The notes beneath the pieces are model-generated. The model saw nothing but the letters and a program-made list of their open reading frames with translations. It was not told the DNA's origin and ran no database searches. From Bdellovibrionales bacterium (lineage in GTDB: Bacteria > Bdellovibrionota > Bdellovibrionia > Bdellovibrionales > JAUICD01), in NCBI GenBank assembly GCA_965262715.1, contig OZ253553.1, forward strand, positions 2,720,001 through 2,784,000: DNA of 64,000 nt, given 5' to 3'. This document shows positions 1 through 9,658 of this stretch, in pieces. The translations under genes and the position numbers were made by a program. The first letter of the stretch is position 1, and every line of letters begins with the position of its first letter.

Positions 1-301
1 GATTTCTTTGATTTAAAGATTGCCTACGACGTCGTTTTATTTGTTCTCTTCTCGCCTTTTCATGATCCAATAACTCTTGTTCGCGCAGGCTTTTTTGTTG
101 CCTGCGAGCTTGCTCTCTTAAGTCTTTCTCTCTTGAGAGATTTCGAGAATAATTAGTATAACCTTCATCTTCTGAAATTCTAATTTGTTCATCTATTTCA
201 TAATGATAATATTTGTTTTCAGCCGTAACTTTTCTAGAAGCTAAGGCGTGAAAAGTTACAAGAGTCATTAAAAAATAAAAAAAAGAATTAAAAGGTCTCA
301 T
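1..301 (-). CDS. Partial hypothetical protein with N-terminal signal peptide; runs off the window edge
   Basis: Hand translation from ATG 301 gives MRPFNSFFYFLMTLVTFHALASRKV..., open to base 1; not in the ORF track. Confidence 0.6.
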   Translation of the reverse strand, partial: MRPFNSFFYFLMTLVTFHALASRKVTAENKYYHYEIDEQIRISEDEGYTNYSRNLSREKDLREQARRQQKSLREQELLDHEKARREQIKRRRRQSLNQRN

Positions 302-418
302 TATACAGTTATCGGATAGAAACTTTTGAAAGCGTAAGGGTAAAAAAGAAATTTTTAAGCCAAGACAAAAGTCTAAATTTTACCTTAAATTTCAAGATGT
401 ATTTATAAGCGTATCTTT

Positions 419-1024
419 TTGTTTTTTGTGCACTCAAAAAGAGAATATACTTATAACATGCAAGATATTTTGTTAAAATCCCTTTTCTCCGTAGGATTAT
501 TCTTAATTATTTTTCACTCTATAATTTTTCATTTTGTAAGAGAAAAGCCTACTCAAAAATCAAATCACGTAGTAAAGCAACAGATAGAACAACCTAAAAA
601 GCTTATAAATCGTCCTTTGTCTCCTAAAGTTAAGATAAATGATAAAAAGAGTGTCATATCGCAAGTTGTATCAAATAAATCAAGAACTTATAAAAACAAC
701 AAAAAAAAATCTCAAATTCTTTCTAAAAAAAGAAGTGTGCAGGAAATATCTGACCAATATATAGAAACAATTTTAAATAAACAAAAAAGATTTTTTAAAA
801 CATGTTATATACGTCATCTTAAAAATAATTTTACGTCTAAAGGGTCTATTTTACTTTCTTTTAATATTCATTCACCAGGTACAGTCTCTGATGTGTCTAT
901 ACAAGGAGGGTCAATAAAGGATGTATTACTCCATAACTGTATGAAGAAAGTAGTAGAAAGAGTGACCTTTAGTCACTTTTCAGGTCCATTAACTAAAGTT
1001 TTTTATCCTATTGAATTTCATTGA
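419..1024 (+). CDS. AgmX/PglI C-terminal (TonB-C-like) domain membrane protein
   Basis: N-terminal TM, basic linker, then FKTCY...KGSILLSFNI...GTVSDV...LHNCMKKVVERVTF; start may be ATG 458. Confidence 0.65.
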   Translation: MFFVHSKREYTYNMQDILLKSLFSVGLFLIIFHSIIFHFVREKPTQKSNHVVKQQIEQPKKLINRPLSPKVKINDKKSVISQVVSNKSRTYKNNKKKSQILSKKRSVQEISDQYIETILNKQKRFFKTCYIRHLKNNFTSKGSILLSFNIHSPGTVSDVSIQGGSIKDVLLHNCMKKVVERVTFSHFSGPLTKVFYPIEFH

Positions 1025-1074
1025 GTACACCGAAATACATTACAAGTTATTTATAATGTATAAAGAGTACAAAA

Positions 1075-1332
1075 ATGAGACGAAAAAAAAAGCAAAAAGT
1101 ACCTATACTTGATTTGCACGGCCAGACAACAGACCAGGTTTTTGATTTGATAGAATATTTCTTAAGACAATACGGTCATCTACCGAAAATTAAGATTATG
1201 ACGGGTAAAGGAATGGGAGCTGTACTTAATAAAACAAAGGAATATCTTAAGATGGGATCCTATCCATGGGAATATGAAAAAAGCCCTAATGGAAAGGTCA
1301 ATACAGGAGTATTATTGGTTTTTTTAAAATAG
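1075..1332 (+). CDS. Smr/MutS2 C-terminal domain protein
   Basis: LDLHG, IMTGKG and NTGVLLV motifs. Confidence 0.85.
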   Translation: MRRKKKQKVPILDLHGQTTDQVFDLIEYFLRQYGHLPKIKIMTGKGMGAVLNKTKEYLKMGSYPWEYEKSPNGKVNTGVLLVFLK

Positions 1333-1389
1333 CTGAGGTGAAAGAAGACCTTTGGTTCTTAGAACATTACTTATTATAGGTGAACTTTT

Positions 1390-3033
1390 TTGAAATTTTT
1401 ATTATCTACTTTTTCATTTTTATTGATTTTCTTATCTTTTTTGATAGTTAACTTTGCGTGCTTAAAGGAATCAGTTGCACAGGCCAAAGTTATTGCAACC
1501 ATCAATAATGAAAACGTCACTATTAAAAAATTTAATCGAAGATACAATGAAGTTCTTGAAGGTGCTATTAATCCTCCTACTCCAAAACAATTTTTAGAAG
1601 ACTTGATTCGATTTAAGGTAGGGGTTCAGGAAGCTAAAAAGCAAAGTCGAAATCCAAACGCAGAACTGCGATCAGAAGTACGTAAGTTGCTTTATAGATG
1701 GTTATTAGAAGAAGATTTAAGTGGGCAAATTCAAAATATTAAAGTTTCAGAAAAAGAGATGAGAAGATATTATAGCAGAAATCCTGAAATCAAAATAGCT
1801 CATATTTTTCTTGAAATGCGATCTAATGCAACTCATCAGCAAAAACTTCAGTATCGTAAAAGAGCAAGACAGGTTTATGCAAAGGTGAGACAATCCAAAC
1901 GACCTTTTAAGGAGCTAGTAAGAATTTATACAGACGATTTGTCTACAAAGGAAATTGGAGGAGACTTAGGATGGCAAGGCCGTAATACGATGATTCCACA
2001 TTACTATGATACAGCCATTAAACAGCGTATAGGCAGGATAGCTCCTTTAATAGAAACTAAGTATGGTTTTCATATTATAAAGCTTGTAGGTAAAAACCCT
2101 TATGATAAAGCTAACAAAGAAACCCTACAACAAGCTGTCTTTGAAGGTAAGAAAAGAAGATTATTTAGTACTTATTTTGCAAAACTAAAGAAAAGTTACA
2201 GGGTCAATAAGAATCAAGTGTTGATGAACAGTTTAATAAAGCAACCTGTCAGTAGATCAAATCAAAAAAGATCAATTGCATCTGTGAACAAGAAAAGTAT
2301 TACATTTGGTACTTTTCAAAGAGAATATAAAAAGATCGTTGATGAAACAATTAATCCTCCAAATGAGAACAGATTTTTGGATGATTTGATCCAATTTGAG
2401 ATGGGGGCACAAGAGGCTGAAAAGAAAAATATAGCAGCTAATTTTAAAGTACAAAAAGAAATGGATAAATTGCTATATAGATGGTTGGTAGAAAAAGATT
2501 TAGGTCAAAAAGTTCAACAGATCAAAGTTTCAGCAGCTGAAATGAAGAGGTATTACAATAAAAATCCTGAAATAAGGACATCTCATATATTTATTGAATT
2601 AAATCCAGAAGCAACACAAGTACAAAAAGCTGCGACCAAAAAACGAGCTATGCAAATTTATTCAGCTGTTAAAAAATCTAAGCGATCTTTTGAGGAACTG
2701 GTTAAGTTATATACAGATGATGTGTTAACTAGAGAAACAGGTGGTGATTTAGGGTGGCAATCAAGTAATATTATGATTCCAGCTTATTATAATGCAGCTA
2801 TTAGACAGTCTGTAGGAAAAATAGCCTCTTTAGTTGAAACTCAATATGGCTTTCATATTTTGAAACTCACTGGTAAAAATAGTTATAAAAATGCACGTAA
2901 AGAGTACATTAGACTGGCTATTTTTGAACAAAAAAGAAAAAAGATATTTGATGCTTATTTTGATCAGCTGCAAAAATCCTATAAGATCAGAAGAAATCTT
3001 GCTCTTCTCCCAAAAGATCCTGTTAAAAGATAA
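1390..3033 (+). CDS. Exported PpiC/parvulin-type peptidyl-prolyl isomerase, internally duplicated
   Basis: Two copies of HIF..GGDLGW..ETxYGFHI; the two halves are clearly homologous; signal peptide. Confidence 0.9.
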   Translation: MKFLLSTFSFLLIFLSFLIVNFACLKESVAQAKVIATINNENVTIKKFNRRYNEVLEGAINPPTPKQFLEDLIRFKVGVQEAKKQSRNPNAELRSEVRKLLYRWLLEEDLSGQIQNIKVSEKEMRRYYSRNPEIKIAHIFLEMRSNATHQQKLQYRKRARQVYAKVRQSKRPFKELVRIYTDDLSTKEIGGDLGWQGRNTMIPHYYDTAIKQRIGRIAPLIETKYGFHIIKLVGKNPYDKANKETLQQAVFEGKKRRLFSTYFAKLKKSYRVNKNQVLMNSLIKQPVSRSNQKRSIASVNKKSITFGTFQREYKKIVDETINPPNENRFLDDLIQFEMGAQEAEKKNIAANFKVQKEMDKLLYRWLVEKDLGQKVQQIKVSAAEMKRYYNKNPEIRTSHIFIELNPEATQVQKAATKKRAMQIYSAVKKSKRSFEELVKLYTDDVLTRETGGDLGWQSSNIMIPAYYNAAIRQSVGKIASLVETQYGFHILKLTGKNSYKNARKEYIRLAIFEQKRKKIFDAYFDQLQKSYKIRRNLALLPKDPVKR

Positions 3034-3328
3034 CAGTTATTGAACTCAAATTGATCAAAGTAGTCGGACAGCCAGGTAAATAGAAATCAAGCAGATATAA
3101 CTATTCAAATTCTTTGTTCGACTTTATCAATAGAATGGAAATCTTAAGCTATATCAAAAAGAGACATTAGAGACATTATTTTGTACCAATTTTATGCTAA
3201 TTTACGCTCAAGTTAATTCAGACTTTTACCGAGTAATAAATTAAGAAAATTATTTTGTCTCGCTTTAATGCGAAAATGAAAATGAGGTCATATATACAAA
3301 CAGATACAAATGAAGGAGTATTTAAAAA

Positions 3329-5125
3329 ATGGAGAAGTTAAATAAAAAACATCTTAAAAATGTTGTCATTTTAACAAGTTGTTTGTTTGTATTGATTATT
3401 GGATTTCAGAATTGCGGAAAAAAGAAGACAAATCAAGAAGGGGGAGCTGAATTTGATTCAAGTATAGATTTAGAGGTCACAGGGATTGAAAATAGCACAA
3501 TACCTCGACAATCTTGGACATGGGATTGTAATAATGCCCCTTGTGAATTTCGTTTTGTTATTAATGAATCAAGTGCCCATGACAATGCTTTAGATGATGA
3601 AGCATACAGTAGTGACAATAATACGGCAGCAGGCTCAGATGCACCCGGTGAAGGAGAATATTACCTACACATTCAAGCTAAGAAAGATGTTGTTGAATCT
3701 GAAGTAAAGACTGTATCAATTGTTGTTGGACAAGAAGAAGTAACTCCTTCTCTTGTTGATCAAGTGGATACAAGTGGCTCTCACGCCTGTTCTTTAAAGG
3801 ATGGCTATGTAAAGTGCTGGGGTTTAAATGATAAAGGACAATTAGGTTATGGTGATACAGATAACCGTGGTGATGGACCAGATGAGATCAGTGGGCTTGC
3901 AGATGTTAGCGTTCATGAAACTATTATTAGTGGTGGCACTGAAGATGGCCATCTAACAAAATTTATAGCGACAGGAGACCAGCACACCTGCGCATTGCTT
4001 AAAAATGAGTGTGTGAAGTGTTGGGGAAACAATGAATATGGACAATTAGGTTATGGTGACACAGATAATCGTGGTGATGATGTTGATGAAATGGGAGATA
4101 ATCTTGATCCTGTTGGCAGTTTAGAGTTTAAAGTTAAAACAGTTGCTACAGGACTTGCTCACACTTGTAGCATTACAAAAACTGATACAGTTAGATGTTG
4201 GGGCGGCAATGATCAAGGTCAGTTAGGACAAGGTAGTACAGATAATTTGACTGAGCCAAGCCCTGATGTTGATATTCATAATGATCCTGATGAACAAGAT
4301 CAAGCAATAATAGCTGGGTTTTTACCAAAACATGTGGCAGCAGGGGCTAAGCACACTTGTGCAATGCTCAACAATGATTGTGTGAAGTGTTGGGGAGGAA
4401 ACGAATATGGCCAGCTAGGTTATGGTGATATGGAGAATCGTGGTGATGATGCTAATGATCTTGTGACTGAAGATGTTGATGAAGGAGAAATGGGACTGAA
4501 TCTTCTTCCTGTAGGCGGCATGGAGTTTAAAGTTAAAGCTATTGCAACAGGAGATTGGCATACTTGTGCCATTATGAAAAGTAATGATAGTGTACAATGC
4601 TGGGGATTGAATGATGAAGGACAATTAGGCGTAGGTTCTACACAAAATATTGGTGATGCTAAAGATGCTGAAGATAAAGTGGTGTTTGCTCCTGTTGATT
4701 TAGGAAATCAAAAAGCCAAGTCTATCACTGCAGGAGCTAGACATACATGTGTGACCTTAGAGGATGACAGCACAAAATGTTGGGGACTGAATAAATCAGG
4801 TCAACTAGGCCAAGGTTCTATAGCTAATATTGGTAGTGCTGATGGTGAAACTGGAACAAGTCTTCCAGCTATTCCAATTGAGGCATCTAGCATAGTTAAA
4901 GGATCTGTCGTTGCAGGTGGTGATAGTACATGTTTCAAGTTGGATGATGGCAAAGTGAAATGCTGGGGGAATAATGATAAGGGGCAGTTAGCAAAAGAAC
5001 ATATCTGTTCTCTTGGTAATGGTCTTGGTTATTCTGTAAGTTCTACTGATCAGTGTAATAGCTCAGATGCAGAAGATGTGGTGGGTACAACTGTAGATCA
5101 AATTGAATATCTCAGTTTTGAATAA
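3329..5125 (+). CDS. RCC1/BLIP-II repeat lipoprotein
   Basis: GFQNC lipoprotein-like motif; about 7 repeats of HTCA..VKCWGxNxxGQLG. Confidence 0.85.
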   Translation: MEKLNKKHLKNVVILTSCLFVLIIGFQNCGKKKTNQEGGAEFDSSIDLEVTGIENSTIPRQSWTWDCNNAPCEFRFVINESSAHDNALDDEAYSSDNNTAAGSDAPGEGEYYLHIQAKKDVVESEVKTVSIVVGQEEVTPSLVDQVDTSGSHACSLKDGYVKCWGLNDKGQLGYGDTDNRGDGPDEISGLADVSVHETIISGGTEDGHLTKFIATGDQHTCALLKNECVKCWGNNEYGQLGYGDTDNRGDDVDEMGDNLDPVGSLEFKVKTVATGLAHTCSITKTDTVRCWGGNDQGQLGQGSTDNLTEPSPDVDIHNDPDEQDQAIIAGFLPKHVAAGAKHTCAMLNNDCVKCWGGNEYGQLGYGDMENRGDDANDLVTEDVDEGEMGLNLLPVGGMEFKVKAIATGDWHTCAIMKSNDSVQCWGLNDEGQLGVGSTQNIGDAKDAEDKVVFAPVDLGNQKAKSITAGARHTCVTLEDDSTKCWGLNKSGQLGQGSIANIGSADGETGTSLPAIPIEASSIVKGSVVAGGDSTCFKLDDGKVKCWGNNDKGQLAKEHICSLGNGLGYSVSSTDQCNSSDAEDVVGTTVDQIEYLSFE

Positions 5126-5131
5126 TAGCTG

Positions 5132-5460
5132 TATCACTAAAAATGAACTGGCCTCTGTTTCACTAAAATACCTCTCGCCTCTGGCGACTTTTTGGCATTG
5201 TCCCCAAACGAGCTTACGCTGTTTGGCAAATAGGACAATGCCTAAAAAGCTTGAGGTATTTTAGTAGGAAGAATCTCTTTATTCTCTTATATCATGTTAG
5301 GGAAAATATTGTTGTTTACAAACCAACATGAAGGCTCACACCTTCAGTAAAATGCTGATTGCCTCATTTATCTACATGGGCAATCCTCAAAAAGGCTTGC
5401 CATTCGTTTATTTTTAGTAGGGAGGCTCTCTCTTCGTTTCTTTACACCATGTTAAGGAAA
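5132..5460 (+). repeat. Composite structured repeat (MITE/ERIC-like); inner 148-bp unit at 5158-5305 nested in an outer unit
   Basis: Ends T(T/A)TCACTAAAA...ATGTTA(G/A)GGAAA; homologous composite at 12520-12847. Confidence 0.85.
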
Positions 5461-5721
5461 TTTTCCTTCATCCTGCTTCTACTCAAAATGAATAGAAGAC
5501 AAGCCTCTCGAGGCTAGCCTTTTTGAGAATTGTCCATGAAATAAATCTAGGTACTGATCCGATGTCAAGAATAAGGTTTCCCTAACATTGTGTTAAGAAG
5601 CAAGAATATCCTCCCTACTAAAATGCATCAGGCTTTCTAGGTAGTCAGCTATTTGCTGACGATGTCAATCGTCAGGCTGACTACCAGAAAGTCGCCAGAG
5701 GCGAGATGCATTTTAGTGAAA
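5461..5721 (-). repeat. Inverted copy of the structured repeat (inner unit 5577-5721 plus the 3' part of the outer unit)
   Basis: Reverse complement reads TTTCACTAAAATGCATC...CAAATA...ATGTTAGGGAAA. Confidence 0.8.
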
Positions 5722-5827
5722 ATAATTGAGTCAAAATTTTCTTATAAAGTAAAATAAAAGTCTCTTTTATTTTTGTTGCTATTCACTGATTTTTGTAGAT
5801 AATCAAGTCAATTGAAGAGAGTGAAAA

Positions 5828-6784
5828 ATGCATCAAAAAAATACTTATTTTACCTTAACATTGTTTTTATTCTTAAGTTTCTTGTTTATAGGCTGTTTTA
5901 ATCAAAAAAGTGTACAAGATGTAATAATTGTGAAGGTTAATGACCATCATTTAACATCTAAAATGTTTGCGCAAAGACTTTCCATAAAGCTTAGGGCCCT
6001 TGATGTTTTACAAATCAAAGAGCCTCAAAATATTACAAAGATCAAAAAAAATGTTATTGATGAATTCATACATGAAACCATCATTACTAAATGGGCAAAA
6101 AATAAAAAAATAACTGTATCTCAACAGGAATTAGAAAGAAAAATGAAGCAAGTTATACAAGACTATCCTGATGATATAGCTTTTCGCAAAATTCTTGTAC
6201 AATCAAATAGAACAATGGAGACTTGGAAGAAAGACCTTCAAAAAAGGTTATTAGAAGAAAAAGTCTTTCAGTCTCTTCATCAAGACGTTAAACCACCTAC
6301 ATTAGATCATCTTAAGTCTTATTATGAAACTCACAAATCCTCTTTTGTAGAAAAAGAGAAGGTATACATAGAACAATTTTTATTAAAAACAAAAAATGAT
6401 GCTTATGATATCTATAATAAGCTAAAAGATAAACAGGCTTCCAGCAAACAGGTCAAAAACTCATATAAAATCAATCATAGTAAGTTATGGGTTGAAAGAG
6501 GGGTTTCTAATGTCTTTGAAAAGGCTTTTTTGATGAAAAAAGGGGTATGGAGCGACATATTAGAATCTCCTTATGGTTTTCATATTTACAAGGTTTTAGA
6601 TAGAAAAAGAAAAAACCATTGGACATTTAACGAGGCTAAGGGTAAAGTTCACAAGACTTTGATGGCTCAAAAGCAGCAAGCAAAATATGTTTCTTGGCTA
6701 GAGGATCAAGCAACTCATCTAGATGTATTTCTTAACGAACAAGCCATCTCAGACATATACATTGAAACTATGGGAGAGAAATAG
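5828..6784 (+). CDS. PrsA/PpiC-type foldase lipoprotein (SurA_N plus rotamase)
   Basis: FIGC lipobox; ESPYGFHIYKV motif. Confidence 0.85.
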   Translation: MHQKNTYFTLTLFLFLSFLFIGCFNQKSVQDVIIVKVNDHHLTSKMFAQRLSIKLRALDVLQIKEPQNITKIKKNVIDEFIHETIITKWAKNKKITVSQQELERKMKQVIQDYPDDIAFRKILVQSNRTMETWKKDLQKRLLEEKVFQSLHQDVKPPTLDHLKSYYETHKSSFVEKEKVYIEQFLLKTKNDAYDIYNKLKDKQASSKQVKNSYKINHSKLWVERGVSNVFEKAFLMKKGVWSDILESPYGFHIYKVLDRKRKNHWTFNEAKGKVHKTLMAQKQQAKYVSWLEDQATHLDVFLNEQAISDIYIETMGEK

Positions 6785-6830
6785 AGAGATTGTTTTTTAG
6801 AAAAACAAGGAAAAAATCTTTGAAAGCAAT

Positions 6831-6914
6831 GATTTGATATTTTAAGTCAAAGCCTCGAAGTCCTCGGGCTATTGCCCTGCGGAAGATCTCGTCTTTGGCT
6901 TAAAATATCAAATC
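6831..6914. repeat. Long hairpin (22-bp stem) with GTCCTC-hairpin-TGCGGAAGA core; REP-like
   Basis: GATTTGATATTTTAAGTCAAAG...CTTTGGCTTAAAATATCAAATC; core shared with 30960-31036. Confidence 0.7.
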
Positions 6915-6973
6915 TTTTGTTAGCTATAAAGATTTGGTGTGATTTGTAGGGAGAGGAGATAATAAGAGGAAAG

Positions 6974-7067
6974 TTTCCCTAACATGGTGTAAAATAATAA
7001 AGAGTATCTTTTTTTACTCAAAATGAACAGAGGCTCGCCTTGAGAGGCCAGACTATTTTTAGGGATA
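6974..7067 (-). repeat. Short (94 bp) version of the structured repeat
   Basis: Reverse complement reads TATCCCTAAAAATAG...ACCATGTTAGGGAAA. Confidence 0.7.
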
Positions 7068-7083
7068 CAGAAACGAGGTTATT

Positions 7084-8049
7084 ATGAGATTATTATTAGT
7101 TTTAACATTTTTATTTTTTACGACATCTGCTTCGAGCAGGGTGATTGAAAGCATTGTTGCTATTGTCAATGATGATATTATTATGCAAACTGATGTGCTT
7201 GATTACAAAAAGAAACTAAAAAGCAATCAATTTTTAGATGATACATTGGTTAGAAATCCTTCTGAATTACTAGAAAATCCTAAAGTGCTTATAGATCATT
7301 TGATCAATGAAAAATTGATAGACACAGAGGTAAAAAAACAAAATCTCACTGTAGCAGAGGAAAGAATTCAGCAAGAAATCCAAAAAATTGCTCAAGGTAA
7401 TCAAATTAGTAGAGGGCAGCTACTGCAAGCACTTAAAAGGGAAAATATTTCTTTTCAAGATTATAGGCAATTTCTTAAGACAAAACTAGAAAGACAAGCT
7501 CTTATAGAAAGGGTTATTATTCCTTATATACAGATATCAGATGAAGATATTGCCAATTATTATTATACGAGATTACAAAAGAGTAAATCTGGTAAAACAC
7601 CACGATTTGAATACGATATCCAACACATTTTATTTAACTGGGCTTCTCGAGAGCAAAAAGATATTCAGATGGCTAAATCACAAGCACAAAAAGCACACTC
7701 GCTTTTAGGATCAGGTACAAATTTTGACAGTTTAACCGAGGAGTACAACAAGAATAAAAACCCTCTAATATCAGGTGGATCACTTGGTACTTTCAAATCA
7801 AATGAACTATTAGCTAGTTTTAACGCAGCCGTACAAAGTCTTAAGCAAGGGCAAGCTTCTGAAGTGGTAAAAGGACCTAATGGCTTTCATATTTTAAAAT
7901 TGACAAGTAAAAGAGCGATTGAAGATCCCAACTTAACCAAAAGAAAACCTGAAATCCATAATGCTTTGTATCAAGAAGCTTTTAACAAAAGATTATCTCT
8001 TTGGTTAGATCAGAAGCGTCATCAATCTTTTATAAAAATTAATTCCTAA
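7084..8049 (+). CDS. surA: SurA-family periplasmic chaperone/PPIase
   Basis: IVAIVNDDII SurA N-domain, GGSLG..GFHILKL rotamase; directly upstream of pdxA. Confidence 0.8.
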   Translation: MRLLLVLTFLFFTTSASSRVIESIVAIVNDDIIMQTDVLDYKKKLKSNQFLDDTLVRNPSELLENPKVLIDHLINEKLIDTEVKKQNLTVAEERIQQEIQKIAQGNQISRGQLLQALKRENISFQDYRQFLKTKLERQALIERVIIPYIQISDEDIANYYYTRLQKSKSGKTPRFEYDIQHILFNWASREQKDIQMAKSQAQKAHSLLGSGTNFDSLTEEYNKNKNPLISGGSLGTFKSNELLASFNAAVQSLKQGQASEVVKGPNGFHILKLTSKRAIEDPNLTKRKPEIHNALYQEAFNKRLSLWLDQKRHQSFIKINS

Positions 8050-8067
8050 TCTTAATGGTGAAGATCA

Positions 8068-9024
8068 TTGCAAAAGCTTAAAGTTGCAATAACAACAGGG
8101 GATAGCGATGGTATTGGTAGTGAGATCACATCAAAAGCTCTTTGTAAACTAGGAGTCCAAGAAGAGATACAGTTTTTTATCTGGAGATCTCCTTCTTGTC
8201 CTTCGTCAGATATCGATCGTCTCATACAATCTCCATTGACCTATAAAAAGGTCTCAAGTTTACAAGAAGCTCTAAAAGTCCCATTTTCATACAATGTTGT
8301 TGATATTGAAAGCCAGCTCTCGCCAGTAAAATGGGTTGAAGAGTCTATTTTAGCTATACAAAACAAATATTTAGATTCTCTAGTAACAGCTCCTCTTTCT
8401 AAAGAGACAATTCATATCTCAAGCCCTTCTGATAAAGGTCATACGGATATCTTAAAAAGGGTTTGTCATACAAAGGATGTATTTATGTCCTTTGTAGGAG
8501 AAGGTTTTGCTGTTGTGCTTTTAACAGATCATATTCCGCTCTCTAAAGTTTCTGAAAGTCTATCAATTCAACGCATTAAAAAAGGGCTGTTTTTTGCTGA
8601 TCAGCTGCAAAAAGCGTTTTTTAAAAATACAAAACCTATTGGGCTTTTAGGGCTCAATCCGCATGCAGGAGAACAGGGTATTATAGGATCTGAAGAACAA
8701 AAGATTTTTGTGCCTGCACTGGATCAAGTGAAAAAAGAGCTCTTATTAGAGGTAGAAGGGCCATTGGTTCCAGATGTGGCTTTTCAAAATAAAAGCAGAC
8801 AAAACCATAATGTCTTTATGGCATGTTACCATGATCAAGGACTTATACCTTTTAAGGCACTTCATAAAAGTTACACAGGGGTACAAATCACAATGGGCTT
8901 GAACTTTGTAAGAACAAGTGTTGACCACGGAACAGCAAAGAATATCTTTGCTAAAAACAGAGCCAACCCAGAGTCTATAATCAATGCTATAAAATACAAC
9001 ATTCAACTTCTGAAAATGAAGTGA
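8068..9024 (+). CDS. pdxA: 4-hydroxythreonine-4-phosphate dehydrogenase
   Basis: TTGDSDGIG, GHTD, GLNPHAGE, YHDQGLIPFK and RTSVDHGTA motifs. Confidence 0.95.
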   Translation: MQKLKVAITTGDSDGIGSEITSKALCKLGVQEEIQFFIWRSPSCPSSDIDRLIQSPLTYKKVSSLQEALKVPFSYNVVDIESQLSPVKWVEESILAIQNKYLDSLVTAPLSKETIHISSPSDKGHTDILKRVCHTKDVFMSFVGEGFAVVLLTDHIPLSKVSESLSIQRIKKGLFFADQLQKAFFKNTKPIGLLGLNPHAGEQGIIGSEEQKIFVPALDQVKKELLLEVEGPLVPDVAFQNKSRQNHNVFMACYHDQGLIPFKALHKSYTGVQITMGLNFVRTSVDHGTAKNIFAKNRANPESIINAIKYNIQLLKMK

Positions 9025-9097
9025 AGTAAAACTACACTTTCATTTCAAGCTTCATTGAAATCACACATAGCCCCAGCTATGTTAAACCGTGTACAAA

Positions 9098-9328
9098 TTA
9101 GCTGACAATTCTGACTTTGATAGCACAAGGCCCTTTTCGACCTTGACCTACTTCAAATTCTACATTGTCACCATCTTTAGGCTCTGCTCCATTTGTCTCA
9201 GAGACATGGAAGAACAAATCCTGACCTGATTGCTGCTTAATAAAACCAAAACCTTTTGAAATGTTAAAAAATTTAACAGTTCCTTTTTGGCCCTTTTGGG
9301 CTTGAGTCTCATTATTATCCTTTTGCAT
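9098..9328 (-). CDS. Cold-shock protein (CspA family)
   Basis: GTVKFFN..KGFGFI..DLFFHVS..GRKGP motifs. Confidence 0.95.
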   Translation of the reverse strand: MQKDNNETQAQKGQKGTVKFFNISKGFGFIKQQSGQDLFFHVSETNGAEPKDGDNVEFEVGQGRKGPCAIKVRIVS

Positions 9329-9614
9329 GATCTATATCAATCCTTTTTAAATAAAATTAAGTTAAAAATAAAAGTATACAAGTTCCTATACAGTTTATCT
9401 ATATAGAAGGCTGTAATGAAAAATGAGTTTAAATATGAAACAGATATATTGTCAATAAAAATCCTCCGATATATTTCAAAAAGTTATTTCAAGTATGTAA
9501 AGTTTCAACAGGTGTCTTATATACCTTCAGTATCAAAGAGATACTAAGCCTACCATATCCATTATTTACCACTTTCATCAAGCATTTTTCGAATTTTACC
9601 CCTTTTTAGTCTTT

Positions 9615-9631
9615 TTGGCACCATTTTAGCA
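9615..9631 (+). promoter_or_regulatory. Putative sigma54 -24/-12 promoter
   Basis: TTGGCACCATTTTAGCA is GG-N10-GC, ~30 bp before ATG 9659. Confidence 0.45.
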
Positions 9632-9658
9632 CTTTTCAAATATGGATGGGGGTGAATT

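Noticed and set aside
5132..5721. Structured repeats as integron attC sites or known ribozymes
   Set aside because: Ends only loosely resemble RYYYAAC/GTTRRRY, no integron integrase is in the window, and no hammerhead or HDV core could be identified; kept as unclassified.
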